A DNA stretch of 45,601 nucleotides from Hadesarchaea archaeon (GCA_029259185.1 JAPDJF010000030.1:1-45601); one strand, 5' to 3'; shown: positions 18,230 to 28,503, counted from the stretch's first letter. Notes: a model not told the origin generated them from the letters alone. Program-made: numbers and translations.

Positions 18230-18762
18230 CCCATCTCCCTCGACTTTTCGTACGCAGCCCTGACGGCGGCCACGTTTCTCTCTGCCACCCTTTCTTTGAA
18301 ATAACTTCTGATCACTTTTAACACCGACTCCAAGTTAACCATCTCCGTAGCCTTTACGTACGCCCCCAACATCGCCATGTTGGTTATAGGTACCCCTATT
18401 TTCTCGATCGCGATCGAAGTGGCATCGACCGTTACTATCCTTTTAGCCTTGAGTCCTCGCGGAACTTCTCGGGTGTTGAGTATGAGAATGCCGTCTCGTT
18501 TCAAACCCTCTGACACGTTCACCACACCCAAGAGTGTCGGATCCAAGACAACCACGTGATCCGGGGTGTATATCTGGGTTCGAACCCTGATCGGTTTCTC
18601 GTCGATCCTAGCGAAAGCCACCACCGGCGCCCCCCTCCTCTCTGCACCAAAAAAAGGAAAGGCCTGACAGTACTTCCCTTCTAGAAAAGCTGCTTCTGCT
18701 AACAGCCTCGCGGCTGTAACCGCACCCTGACCACCGCGACCGTGAAACCTTATCTCAATCAT
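18226..18762 (-). CDS. porC: Pyruvate/2-oxoacid:ferredoxin oxidoreductase gamma subunit
   Basis: [13 protein letters not shown] and [13 protein letters not shown] at 18762 is the most likely start. Confidence 0.95.
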
Positions 18763-18811
18763 TTTTACCATCTTGACAACTCTCATTTAAATCATTTTAC
18801 ATCTTGATAAC
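18757..18811. promoter_or_regulatory. Imperfect direct repeat around the por operon TATA box (putative operator pair)
   Basis: AATCATTTTTACCATCTTGACAAC (18757-18780) and AATCATTTTACATCTTGATAAC (18790-18811) flank ATTTAAA. Confidence 0.45.
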
Positions 18812-18879
18812 CCAACAACTCTTAAGAATTGATTTATATCCATACCGGTCCAAAATTCCATCACGTATTCTGGTGCCCT

Positions 18880-19620
18880 TCAAGGTGATCTGCGCACTCC
18901 TCTCTTCCTCAGGTATTCCCTCGCCAACATCCTTACCTGCTCATCGCGCATCTTTATAGTCAACATCTGCTGAACCACGAGAGTCAAGAAAACGAAGAAC
19001 ACTAGGATCCCGCCGAATCCACCCGTGATGTTCGCGACCTTCGTGAGAAGTGACTCCCCTCCGAAGACGGTCAACGTGAGCCCGACCACCATCGCCTTGT
19101 ACACGGATCCAAACAACAGAGAGGAGAGAACCAAAAGCGAGATTCCTGCGAAGAGTGTGTACCTCACGATGTCATGCTCCCGGAGGAATTTGAACAAGTC
19201 TGCTAAAGTTGATGATTTTTGACCCAAGAATCGCTTGAACCCCACGTTCTTCCAAAGCCTCACCCTTTCCCCCCTCTGGTATATCTCCTTTTCCTTCCCC
19301 CCAGCATCCAGTTCCTCGTAGACCTGTCCCTGAAGATCTCTCTTCACGTCTCCCGCCACATCCTCCTCCACCAAAACGGGAAGGGCTCTGTAACAGTCTT
19401 TCGTGCTCATCCTCGTTTCCTTGGCTATGTTCTCAACAAGCTCACTCACCAAATCGTCAAATCCTTCCTCCCTCAGCGTTTGTTCGATGGCGCTCCTCAG
19501 ATCCAAACCGCTCGTCCCCTCGACGCTTATGCGCTCCATCAAACTGTCTATGAAGGCTCGTCTGAACTTGTCGAACCTCGCCCTCCTCAGGATCTCCTTT
19601 CCCTTGGTATCGATCGTCAT
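18880..19620 (-). CDS. Hypothetical protein with C-terminal TM helices
   Basis: 246 aa with a charged helical N-terminal part and 2-3 hydrophobic segments. No family recognised. Confidence 0.7.
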   Translation of the reverse strand: MTIDTKGKEILRRARFDKFRRAFIDSLMERISVEGTSGLDLRSAIEQTLREEGFDDLVSELVENIAKETRMSTKDCYRALPVLVEEDVAGDVKRDLQGQVYEELDAGGKEKEIYQRGERVRLWKNVGFKRFLGQKSSTLADLFKFLREHDIVRYTLFAGISLLVLSSLLFGSVYKAMVVGLTLTVFGGESLLTKVANITGGFGGILVFFVFLTLVVQQMLTIKMRDEQVRMLAREYLRKRGVRRSP

Positions 19621-19686
19621 GAAAGCTTCTATCCCCTAACGCATTTCTGCGTCCCCAAATAAAACTCCCTCTAAAACGGTGACCGA

Positions 19687-21633
19687 TCAGCCACTGTAGC
19701 CTACCCTTTCTTTTAAGATCTCAACGACCTCTGGATTGAAGAGAGTTGAGGTATCCCCTATCGGGGCGTTGATCAAGAGAGATTTGAGGATCCTCCGCAT
19801 TATCTTCCCGCTTCGAGTCTTGGGCAAATCTGGAACGAACAGTATCCGCTCGGGTGTCGCGGTGGGGCCTATCTTCTCCCTGACCAAGGATTTGAGTTCC
19901 TTCTCGAGTTCGGGGGATGGAGAAACCCCCTTTCTAAGCACGACATATGCCACGGGTGTTTCTCCTTTCACCTCGTGGGGTTTTGAGACCACAGCACTCT
20001 CGGTCACTGCTTCGTGGGCGTTTATCACGTCCTCCACCTCAGCCGTTGAAAGACGATGGCCGGACACTTTCATCACATCATCCACCCTTCCCGTTACCCT
20101 TATACACCCGTAGAGTGCCCGAACTGCCCCATCCGATGGGAAGTAGTATCTGTAGTCGAACTTAGCCCAATAAGTTTCCCTGTATTTTTCATCTGCCTTA
20201 TACAGTCCTCGGAGCATGCCGGGCGCGAGGGGGGGGACCTGAACTAAGTAACCGGAGTCGGTAGGGTTTCCGTCCTCATCAACTATGGTCAGCTCCGTCC
20301 CTGGAAATGGACGCCCGGCCACGGTGGGGATAAACGGCCCTATTCCAGGAAGGGACATTATGAGCGTCCCACCCGTCTCCGTTTGCCACCAAGTATCGGT
20401 AATCGGACACCTCCCCCCGCCCACGACTTTAAAGTACCATAACCACGTCTCCCGATCTATCGGTTCACCGACGGTGCCCAAAAGTCTAAGACTGCTCAGG
20501 TCGTGCTTTTTAACCCACTCTTCGCCGAACCTAACGAACATCCTTATCGCAGTTGGTGCTGTGTAAAATATGGTTACCCTTTGTTTCTCTATGATCTCCC
20601 ACCACCGATCGGGGGCAGGGTAGTCTGGCGCTCCCTCGTAAATTAGGAGGGTGGAATTGTTCAAGAGCGGACCGTAGCAAGCATACGTGTGACCGGTAAC
20701 CCACCCGATATCCGAGGTGCACCAGAATACGTCGTCGTCGTGGAGATCAAACACCCACTTGGCGGTCCAGTACGCTTGGGTGAGATATCCTCCAGTGGTA
20801 TGCATCACCCCTTTCGGCTTCCCGGTCGTGCCGCTCGTGTAGAGGAGGAAGAGGAGATCCTCACTGTCCATCTCCTCCGGCTGGCACCATCCTCCCGCCT
20901 CCTCCGTTACCTCATGCCACCACACATCCCGCCCCTCCTGCATTTTCACCTCGTTTCCGGCTCGTCTGACCACCACCACTTTCTCCACACACGTTCCTTT
21001 GACAGCCTCATCGGCATTTGACTTCAAATTCACACACTTACCCCTCCGGTAGTACCCATCACACGTGACAAGCACTTTGGCTTCCGCATCCTCCAATCTC
21101 ACCCTCAAGGCTTGGGGGGCGAAAGCCGAGAAAACGACGGTGTGGGGGGCTCCCAAGCGGGCACATGCGAGTATGGTGGGATAGAGCTCAGGGATCATCG
21201 GGAGGTAAATACCCACCCGATCTCCCTTCTTGACCCCCAGCTTCCTCAACGCGTTGGCAAACTTATTCACTTGGAGAAAGAGATCGTTATAGGTCAAAAC
21301 CCTCACGGGCTCGTTTGGGGGCTCAGGGATCCAGATCACGGCCCTTTTGTTTCCCTTCCCCTGTCTAACATGCCTATCGACGGCGTTGTAGCTCGCGTTA
21401 ATTTTTCCGCCCACAAACCATCTCACGTAAGGCGGATTCCACTCATACGTCTTGTCCCATCTCCTGAACCACTCCAATCCTTCTGAAGCGAGTTTCTCCC
21501 AGAAGGCCACCCTATCCTTGGAGGCTTCCTCATAGATTTTTGGATCGTTGACCCATGCCCTCTTCTTCATTTCCTCGGAGGGCCAGTAAATGTTCTTCTC
21601 TTTCGGGTCCTCGACCACCCAACTCAAAGGCAT
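19687..21633 (-). CDS. acs: Acetyl-CoA synthetase (AMP-forming)
   Basis: YTSGTTGKPKG, DIGWVTGHTY, DTWWQTETG and LPKTRSGKIMRR. Confidence 0.96.
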   Translation of the reverse strand: MPLSWVVEDPKEKNIYWPSEEMKKRAWVNDPKIYEEASKDRVAFWEKLASEGLEWFRRWDKTYEWNPPYVRWFVGGKINASYNAVDRHVRQGKGNKRAVIWIPEPPNEPVRVLTYNDLFLQVNKFANALRKLGVKKGDRVGIYLPMIPELYPTILACARLGAPHTVVFSAFAPQALRVRLEDAEAKVLVTCDGYYRRGKCVNLKSNADEAVKGTCVEKVVVVRRAGNEVKMQEGRDVWWHEVTEEAGGWCQPEEMDSEDLLFLLYTSGTTGKPKGVMHTTGGYLTQAYWTAKWVFDLHDDDVFWCTSDIGWVTGHTYACYGPLLNNSTLLIYEGAPDYPAPDRWWEIIEKQRVTIFYTAPTAIRMFVRFGEEWVKKHDLSSLRLLGTVGEPIDRETWLWYFKVVGGGRCPITDTWWQTETGGTLIMSLPGIGPFIPTVAGRPFPGTELTIVDEDGNPTDSGYLVQVPPLAPGMLRGLYKADEKYRETYWAKFDYRYYFPSDGAVRALYGCIRVTGRVDDVMKVSGHRLSTAEVEDVINAHEAVTESAVVSKPHEVKGETPVAYVVLRKGVSPSPELEKELKSLVREKIGPTATPERILFVPDLPKTRSGKIMRRILKSLLINAPIGDTSTLFNPEVVEILKERVGYSG

Positions 21634-21692
21634 CTACAGTTCATGTCGATCCTCTCATAAAAGCTTTTTCCCCGGAGGATGGCTAGAAATAT

Positions 21693-22006
21693 GGGGGTAC
21701 CGGCGAGCTGGTGGGCAGCTGCCGGGCGACTCCGTCGCCTGAGGAAATTCCATCCATCAAGTAGGCACCGCGAGCCCGTGAGGGCTAGACCGAGAGGTCT
21801 GACCCTGGCACAGAAACGACACCCACCGGTCCGTGGGCGATGATGCGGAAACGCTGAGGTCGGATCGGAGAGGGATGAAACGGCCAATCCGCGGGATGCA
21901 AGGGCAAGTTTCCATCGATGAGCGCCTACTCGAGATGGGTGGTGGCCCGCTGAGCCCAATGCTGCCTAAAACAGAAGATGGATTACGGCCAGCACGCCGG
22001 TGCCCC
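21693..22006 (+). ncRNA. rnpB: RNase P RNA, archaeal type A
   Basis: P1 GGGGTACCGGCG/CGCCGGTGCCCC. CR-I GAGGAAATTCCATC pairs with CR-V AACAGAAGATGGATTA (P4). P6 GTAGGC/GCCTAC, P8 and P9 tetraloop hairpins, ACAGAAAC and TGAAAC loops, K-turn-like GATGA..CTGA in P12. Confidence 0.93.
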
Positions 22007-22046
22007 ATATCGTTTTAAGCCGGCTGGCTGTTAAGTAGATGGTGCT

Positions 22047-22268
22047 ATGGGAAAGAAGTGGGGACGCTACGCGATCGGAGGGAGAAGCCAACCTGTCTCT
22101 TGTGTGTATTGTGGTCGCCTGGTCCCACGGATAAAAGCCGTACCCGTGAAGAGGGGCTCATGGCTGGACCCAAAAGCTATCCCGGGAATAGACAGGAGAA
22201 AAATATTCATTCCCGCTAGAAAGGGCTACGCGTGCATCTCATGCGCAAAACATCGAGGACTACTATGA
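22047..22268 (+). CDS. rps26e: 30S ribosomal protein eS26 (S26e)-like
   Basis: Basic 73 aa protein with CVYCGRLVPRIKAV...YACISCAKHRG, matching the eS26 Zn-finger pattern CxxCG..VP..KA...CxxCA.H. Confidence 0.8.
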   Translation: MGKKWGRYAIGGRSQPVSCVYCGRLVPRIKAVPVKRGSWLDPKAIPGIDRRKIFIPARKGYACISCAKHRGLL

Positions 22269-22415
22269 TCACGCCCTCCTCTCTTTGGCCTTGGGCCTCA
22301 GTTTGGTGTACCCACACTTCCTGCACTTGACTGCCCTCCAAGCATTGTGAGCGTTGCATCGCATACATATCTTCACCCGGAATAAGCGCTTCTCGGCCAC
22401 CTCGAACCTAGCCAT
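22269..22415 (-). CDS. rpl40e: 50S ribosomal protein L40e
   Basis: Below the ORF-track cutoff. [48 protein letters not shown] (48 aa). Confidence 0.95.
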   Translation of the reverse strand: MARFEVAEKRLFRVKICMRCNAHNAWRAVKCRKCGYTKLRPKAKERRA

Positions 22416-22419
22416 CCGA

Positions 22420-23289
22420 TCACCTCCTAAGCGACCTCAATACATCCGGTATCTTCTCGATTAAATCTGACGCCGTGAAACCATACCCCCTTTCCCTCAT
22501 ACACATATCGCCTGCCATACCGTTTATGAACGCGCCCCCCCAGGCTGCTTCAAAAGCTTTGACACCTTGGGCTAGGAGTGCTCCCACCACACCCGAAAGG
22601 ACATCGCCCGTCCCCCCAACCGTCATGCCTGGATTCCCGGTTCGATTCACTATCACGCGACCCTGGGGGGAGGAAATGACATCCGTCCAACCCTTCAACA
22701 GGATCACGCACCCGAGCCTCTTGGCGAGTTCAGAAACCTGTTTCACACGCTTCCCCAAATCGTTTGACACTTCTTCACCCCCGAGGAGTTTAAACTCGCC
22801 CGCATGAGGGGTGAGCACGACCTCTGTACCCTCCAACACATCCGGTTCGCCCACCACGGCTTTCACCCCATCCGCATCCACGAGCACGGGCAGATGGTGT
22901 TCTCTGACCCGCTTTAGGAAAGAAGTGATCGCCTTCAACGTCCTGTCAAGCGTTCCGAGTCCCGGCCCTACGACCACCGCATCGCACCTCTCGAGTTCGG
23001 GATCGAGTTCACGCAGGACCTTGGGCTCTAGATTCTCGCACGGGAGCTTTATGGTTATAAGATCTGGAGCGAATGAATTGATGATCCTAGCCGTTTCAAA
23101 AGGAGCCGCCACCGTGGCGAGATCCACCCCAGTCCTCAATGCTGCAAGGGCGGTTAGGGCTGGGGCCCCGACGTAGCGTGAGGATCCTCCCAGCACCAGC
23201 AACCTCCCGTTGTCCCCTTTACGCGAGTCCCGTCTCCTCCTCGGAATTAGCCCTTTCACATCCGATACGCGTACGTACTTGAACCCCAT
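22420..23289 (-). CDS. nnrD: NAD(P)H-hydrate dehydratase (stand-alone, no epimerase domain)
   Basis: [37 protein letters not shown] and GGTGDVLSG. Start at 23289 or 23310. Confidence 0.92.
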   Translation of the reverse strand: MGFKYVRVSDVKGLIPRRRRDSRKGDNGRLLVLGGSSRYVGAPALTALAALRTGVDLATVAAPFETARIINSFAPDLITIKLPCENLEPKVLRELDPELERCDAVVVGPGLGTLDRTLKAITSFLKRVREHHLPVLVDADGVKAVVGEPDVLEGTEVVLTPHAGEFKLLGGEEVSNDLGKRVKQVSELAKRLGCVILLKGWTDVISSPQGRVIVNRTGNPGMTVGGTGDVLSGVVGALLAQGVKAFEAAWGGAFINGMAGDMCMRERGYGFTASDLIEKIPDVLRSLRR

Positions 23290-23391
23290 CCTACTCTTGT
23301 CCACTCCCATGAGTAAATACGTGATGGCCCTCCAGCCCCATCCAACACGACGAACCCTCTGCTTTTTAACCCATCCCAGAAAAGTAAGAGC

Positions 23392-24708
23392 TTGGAAAAA
23401 GTGTTTAAGGAACACTTCCGGGTTGACGAAAACGGGAACCTCTACGTGGGAGGCGTGAAGGCATCGGATCTAGCCGAGAGGTTCGGCACCCCGCTTTTCG
23501 TGATGGATGAGGTGAGGATAAGGAATAACTACAGGAGGTTCTACAACGCCTTCGCCACCAGGTGGGAGAGGGTGCTCATCGCTTACGCCTATAAGGCGAA
23601 TTCGAACTTAGCCGTCTGTAAGGTGTTGCACGAAGAAGGAGCGGGGGCCGAGGTTGTCTCGATGTGCGAACTCAAAGCCGCCCTAGGGCTAGGCGTGCCA
23701 GCGGAGAAAATAGTCTTCAACGGAAACAACAAAAGTGAAAGGGAGATCGAACTCGCCGCTCGAAAAGGAGTGCTGATCAACGTTGATAGCCTCGAGGAAC
23801 TCGAGCTCATCAACGAACTCTCTACCGGGCTTGGGAGAAAAGTTAGGATTGGGATAAGAGTCAACCCGAACATAGAGGTGCCAACCCATCCCTACATCGC
23901 CACGGGTCTCAGGGAGAGCAAGTTCGGACTCGACATGGAAAGTGGTGAAGCCTTGGAGGGATTCTCAAAGGCGATGGGATACAAAAACTTGGAGGTGGTA
24001 GGAATCCACTGCCACGTGGGATCGCAAATCCTGGACACTGCCCCGTTCGAGGAAGAGGCCAAGCGGGTGATGGACTTCGTGGGCAAACTCAAGGAGGAAT
24101 TGAGACTCCAACTCGAATTCGTAGACTTGGGGGGCGGACTGGGAGTACCGAGGAAGCCCGGAGAGAGAGGAGCATCTCCGGAGGAAGTTGCATCTAGGGT
24201 AATTCCTGTGCTGAGGGAATCCGTGCGGGAGAGGGGTGTGAAACCTTTTACCCTGATATTGGAGCCCGGGAGATACCTAGTCGGGGACGCGGGAGTGCTC
24301 CTCCTCAGGGTAGGATGTTTTAAACCGAGAGACAGGACGCCCTCATGGGTATGCGTGGATGGGGGGATAAACATACTGATCCGCCCCGCCCTGCTTGGGA
24401 CCTACTACCACATGGAAGTAGCGAACCGGATGAAGTCAGAACACACGGAGCTGGTGAACATCGCTGGCCCCCTCTGCCAATCGGGAGACGTGATAGGGAG
24501 GGAGAGGAAAATCCCTAAGGTGAGGAGGGGGGATCTCATAGCCGTTTTCGATGCCGGGGCATACACGCTTGTTATGTCGAGCCAATACAACTCCCAGCCC
24601 AGACCGGCTGTGGTGATGGTGAGAGAAGGGGAGGCTGAGGTCGTAAGGTATAGGGAGGACTGCGAGGACGTGCTGAGATACGAAAGGATCCCGAGCTGGT
24701 TACGATGA
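23392..24708 (+). CDS. lysA: Diaminopimelate decarboxylase
   Basis: YAYKAN, SKFG, HCHVGSQI, EPGRYLV and GAY...MSSQYN. Confidence 0.94.
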   Translation: MEKVFKEHFRVDENGNLYVGGVKASDLAERFGTPLFVMDEVRIRNNYRRFYNAFATRWERVLIAYAYKANSNLAVCKVLHEEGAGAEVVSMCELKAALGLGVPAEKIVFNGNNKSEREIELAARKGVLINVDSLEELELINELSTGLGRKVRIGIRVNPNIEVPTHPYIATGLRESKFGLDMESGEALEGFSKAMGYKNLEVVGIHCHVGSQILDTAPFEEEAKRVMDFVGKLKEELRLQLEFVDLGGGLGVPRKPGERGASPEEVASRVIPVLRESVRERGVKPFTLILEPGRYLVGDAGVLLLRVGCFKPRDRTPSWVCVDGGINILIRPALLGTYYHMEVANRMKSEHTELVNIAGPLCQSGDVIGRERKIPKVRRGDLIAVFDAGAYTLVMSSQYNSQPRPAVVMVREGEAEVVRYREDCEDVLRYERIPSWLR

Positions 24709-25940
24709 GGAAAAGAATCGTTGTGAAATTCGGAGGAACTTCGTTGGGTAGTGGTGAGCGCGTGAGGTTAGCCGCCAAATCGGTGCGAAGGGAGCACGAA
24801 AAAGGAACTCAGGTGATCGTTACGGTATCGGCGATGGGACACACGACCGACGAACTCGTGGCCGTGGCTAAAGTTGTATCCGGTGGAAAGATTTCACCCC
24901 ACGAGATGGACGATATAATGGCTATGGGGGAGAGGACGAGCGCTAGAGTGTTCGCAGTCGCCCTCCGCAGCCTTGGAGTGAAAGCCAAGGCGGTGGATCC
25001 TTCCAGCGAGGAGTGGCCCATCATAACCGACAGTGAATTCTCGAGAGCCAAAGTGGATCAAAAGGAAACCGCGAAGAGGATCAAGAAGTACCTCCTCCCC
25101 ATGGTGGAGAGGGGGATCGTCCCCGTCATCTGCGGTTTTTTGGGAAAGGATCTGAAAGGCAACATCACCACCTTGGGAAGGGGTGGCAGCGACATAACCG
25201 CATTCATCCTCGGGAAGTTCCTGAAGGCTTCAGAGGTGATCATCGTCACCGACGTTGAGGGAGTAATGACCGCAGACGTGAACGAAGTCCGAGGAGCGGA
25301 ACTACTGGACTCCATCACGGCCACGGAACTCAGAGAACTTGGAAGATTCGGTGCGAAAGTGATGCACCCCAGAGCAATGAACTACAAGATCCCAGAGGTC
25401 GATGCGAAAGTGATACACTTCAAGCATGGAGATTTATCAGCGAAGGGTACTAGGATAACTGGAGGGATAGTGGAGGGAGAGACCACGGGGATAAAGCTGC
25501 ACGACAGGCCAATAGGGATGATAACCGTCGTCGGAGAGGACATGCAACAGACACCGGGGATACTGGTCAAGACGATAAAGCCCCTGAGCGAGAAGGATGT
25601 GAACATCCTGGGGGTATCGATTGGACCTCGATCCTTTTCGATCTACGTTTGGCAAGACGATTTGAGGAAAGCCCTAGAACTCGTCCACATGAAAGTCAAG
25701 AGAGACGAGGTGATGAAATCCGTCACGAGCGAGAAGGATTTGGCCATGATAGTGGTGGAGAGCGAGAAGTTCATAGAGACCCCCGGGATGATAGCCACAC
25801 TCACCGCCCCGATAGCGAAAGCGAAGATAAACATAGTGGAGATCCTGTCGAGCAGGGCATCGATAAGCTTCTTCGTTGACTGGGAGAACAGGAAGAGGGC
25901 ATTTATGTTGTTGAAGAAGAGGATGGAAGAGGTGGGATGA
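24705..25940 (+). CDS. lysC: Aspartate kinase with ACT domains
   Basis: VVKFGGTS, VSAMGHTTD, TTLGRGGSD and GAKVMHP. Confidence 0.93.
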   Translation: MRKRIVVKFGGTSLGSGERVRLAAKSVRREHEKGTQVIVTVSAMGHTTDELVAVAKVVSGGKISPHEMDDIMAMGERTSARVFAVALRSLGVKAKAVDPSSEEWPIITDSEFSRAKVDQKETAKRIKKYLLPMVERGIVPVICGFLGKDLKGNITTLGRGGSDITAFILGKFLKASEVIIVTDVEGVMTADVNEVRGAELLDSITATELRELGRFGAKVMHPRAMNYKIPEVDAKVIHFKHGDLSAKGTRITGGIVEGETTGIKLHDRPIGMITVVGEDMQQTPGILVKTIKPLSEKDVNILGVSIGPRSFSIYVWQDDLRKALELVHMKVKRDEVMKSVTSEKDLAMIVVESEKFIETPGMIATLTAPIAKAKINIVEILSSRASISFFVDWENRKRAFMLLKKRMEEVG

Positions 25941-26822
25941 GTGTTCGAGGGAGCCCTGACCGCCATGGTCACGCCCTTTACCCGAAGTGGCGAACTGGAC
26001 GAAGAGGGATTGAGGAAGAACGTCGAGTTCCAGATAAGGAACGGGATCGACGGCCTAGTACCCGTGGGAACGACTGGGGAGTGCGCTACCCTGACCTACG
26101 AGGAACACGAGAAAGTGATTGAGACCGTGCTGAACGCGGCAAAAGGGAAGGTTCCCGTGATAGCCGGCACGGGGAGCAACAGCACCCAAGAAGCGATAAT
26201 GCTTACCGAGTATGCGAAGGAAGTGGGGGTAGAAGGGGTGCTGCTTGTGGTTCCCTATTACAACAAGCCAACTCAGGCGGGCCTCTACCAACACTTCAAA
26301 CGTATCGCCGAGGAGGTGGACATACCCCAAATCCTCTACAACGTCCCCTCCAGGACTGGACTCAACATGTCTCCCGAGACCGTCGCAAAACTCGCAAAGC
26401 TTAAGAACGTAGTGGGGATCAAGGAAGCGAGTGGGAACTTCGACCAGATCTCAAAGATCTTCCAGCTCACCCGTGGTGAAGACTTCGCGCTGCTCTCGGG
26501 AAACGACTCCCACACCCTCCCCATCCTAGCCCTAGGAGGAGTTGGCGTCATCTCGGTGGCATCCAACATCGTCCCTGGAGAAGTCGCCCGCCTGGTAAAA
26601 GCTTACCGCGAAGGAAAGATCGAGGAGGCCAGGAAGATCCACTACGAACTCGCACCGCTTTTCGAGACCCTCTTCATCGAAACGAATCCCGCTCCGGTGA
26701 AGGAGGCTATGAACATGATGGGTCTCGCGGCGGGAGAACCGAGGCTCCCACTGGTCAGGGTGAGCGAAAGCACGAGGGAGAAACTCAGAGGAGTCTTGTC
26801 TCGGCTCGGGATACTGAAGTGA
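25941..26822 (+). CDS. dapA: 4-hydroxy-tetrahydrodipicolinate synthase
   Basis: GTTGE, PYYNKP, YNVPSRTG, IKEASG and ETNPAPVK. Confidence 0.95.
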   Translation: MFEGALTAMVTPFTRSGELDEEGLRKNVEFQIRNGIDGLVPVGTTGECATLTYEEHEKVIETVLNAAKGKVPVIAGTGSNSTQEAIMLTEYAKEVGVEGVLLVVPYYNKPTQAGLYQHFKRIAEEVDIPQILYNVPSRTGLNMSPETVAKLAKLKNVVGIKEASGNFDQISKIFQLTRGEDFALLSGNDSHTLPILALGGVGVISVASNIVPGEVARLVKAYREGKIEEARKIHYELAPLFETLFIETNPAPVKEAMNMMGLAAGEPRLPLVRVSESTREKLRGVLSRLGILK

Positions 26823-26824
26823 AC

Positions 26825-27115
26825 TCATGACTCCACCAAGTACATCACCGTGGAGAGCACAGCCAAGATGCCGAGCATCACCACCGACATCAGAAAGGTT
26901 TTGCGAAATCCCAAGAACTCGAGTGCCCTTTTCGAGATAACATAGATGGCCGAGAACGAACTGAAACAGAACCAGAGAACGATCATCGCAACGAGCGGGA
27001 GGGGGAATTTCAGGAGGAGCATCAGGAACGCTATGAACCCCCCGACCATCATGGCGAGCGTAAAGGGGTAGAACAAGAGGAGCAAAGCACGGGTCCTTCC
27101 CTCCACAAACTTCAC
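26825..27115 (-). CDS. Hypothetical small membrane protein
   Basis: 96 aa with three hydrophobic helices; overlaps the upstream stop. Confidence 0.65.
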   Translation of the reverse strand: MKFVEGRTRALLLLFYPFTLAMMVGGFIAFLMLLLKFPLPLVAMIVLWFCFSSFSAIYVISKRALEFLGFRKTFLMSVVMLGILAVLSTVMYLVES

Positions 27116-27510
27116 GCCCCCAAGAAAAGGTACTGGGTGGTGGTGGGAAGCTTTCTCCGGAGAACGGCAACCTCTGGGCGGTATATTATCAATTCTAACT
27201 CATCGTTTCTCCCTCTCTTGTTCAGGAAGTGGGAGACCACCTTCACCTCGGTCTTTCCGGTCACCCTCGCTGTTCCCCTCCCCAACCTACGATCCACCTG
27301 AATGAATATGGGAAGCTGGAGCATTTTCCACTCCCCCTCGGGAAGCACCTTCGCGAGCTCTCTCAACTCATCCCGCCTGAAAGAGTGAACCCCCCCACCC
27401 CGCGTCAGAACATGAGGTCTGGAGGACTTCAGCGCGTCCGCGAGGGAGATCCTCTGCTTTGGAAGATGGATGTTCAGTCTACCAAGCTCAAGTTTTATAA
27501 CCCTGTCCGT
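27112..27510 (-). CDS. DUF61/UPF0216 family protein (5' end lacks a canonical start)
   Basis: The frame is open from 27510: DRVIKLELGRLNIHLPKQRISLADAL...HSFRRDEL...LPIFI...YRPEVAVLRRKLPTTTQYLF. The first TTG is only at 27366. Confidence 0.7.
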   Translation of the reverse strand, partial: TDRVIKLELGRLNIHLPKQRISLADALKSSRPHVLTRGGGVHSFRRDELRELAKVLPEGEWKMLQLPIFIQVDRRLGRGTARVTGKTEVKVVSHFLNKRGRNDELELIIYRPEVAVLRRKLPTTTQYLFLGA

Positions 27511-27514
27511 TCAC

Positions 27515-28168
27515 TCACCCTCCCGCTTCCTCGGCTCGTCTCTCAAGCATCAATTTGATACGCTTCATCCGGACGAAGTTCTCCCTCTCCATCTCATCCA
27601 GCCGGAGAACGATGAACTTAATTGTCTCCTCAAGCCTCGGTATGAGGATGTACTCGAGTGCATTCACCCTACGCTTCGTCTTCTCAAGTTCCCTCCCCAC
27701 CGCCCGCGCTGCCTCCTCTAGTTCCGCGAGTTGAACTAGAACCTCAAAAGCCCTCTCGAAATCGCGAGAAGCCTCATCGAGGAGTGAAGAAGTGGTGTGA
27801 ACGCTGTACCCCCTACCCAGCGGGTCCCTCTCGACTGACTTGATCTCCACCGTGGGAACCGAGACCCCCATAACGAAACGGGTAGAGAGATCTACCTGGA
27901 GTTCCTTCCTCGTCTCCCTAGATGCCTGCTCCGTCTCGACCGTCCCCATGCTCGCCAAACACTTGCTCAAGCTCCGGTGGGCCACCGAGAGGAGCTCAAA
28001 CGCCCTCCGCTTCGTCCTCCCTATTTTCCGCAAGATCTCCACGAACTCCATAACGAGGGCATCCATCTTCTCCTTTAACAACTCATGTCCCTTCCGTGCT
28101 AGTGCCACCCGTTTCTTGAGTCTGAGGAGCTCCATCCTAGTAGGAGCAACACCGGACATCGTCTTCAA
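27515..28168 (-). CDS. atpD: A-type ATP synthase subunit D
   Basis: PTRMELL, GHELLKEK and KTKRRVNALEY. Likely start is the ATG at 28159. Confidence 0.95.
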   Translation of the reverse strand: MKTMSGVAPTRMELLRLKKRVALARKGHELLKEKMDALVMEFVEILRKIGRTKRRAFELLSVAHRSLSKCLASMGTVETEQASRETRKELQVDLSTRFVMGVSVPTVEIKSVERDPLGRGYSVHTTSSLLDEASRDFERAFEVLVQLAELEEAARAVGRELEKTKRRVNALEYILIPRLEETIKFIVLRLDEMERENFVRMKRIKLMLERRAEEAGG

Positions 28169-28503
28169 GTCTCTTCCTCCTTTATCACTATCTTGGCCCC
28201 AACGGTCCGCTCGACCATCCTCATCAGCTCATCCACCGGAGGCACGTATCCTGTCCGGTCGGGTATCGACAAAACAACGGGGATCGGGTCCTTTCCGGCC
28301 ACGAGTTTTTCGAACTCCTCCCCCAGCTCTTCTCTCACCCTGTAGGTTATCATTATCACCCCCATCCGCTCGCTCGAAAGGAACTCGGAGAGTTTCGAAA
28401 GGGTTTCAGACCTGTCTGAGTGGATGTGGGCGTACTTCACTCCCGCTAGGGAGAACCCTATCACAGTTTCTCTCTCCCCTATGACCGCCACTTCATGCTC
28501 CAA
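28165..28503 (-). CDS. atpF: A-type ATP synthase subunit F
   Basis: VAVIGERETVIGFSLAGV...P.V.SIPD...VERTVG. Confidence 0.92.
   Translation of the reverse strand: MEHEVAVIGERETVIGFSLAGVKYAHIHSDRSETLSKLSEFLSSERMGVIMITYRVREELGEEFEKLVAGKDPIPVVLSIPDRTGYVPPVDELMRMVERTVGAKIVIKEEET

Noticed and set aside
23290-23415. N-terminal extension of nnrD as an epimerase remnant
   Set aside because: No epimerase motifs, and it overlaps the lysA start and promoter region.
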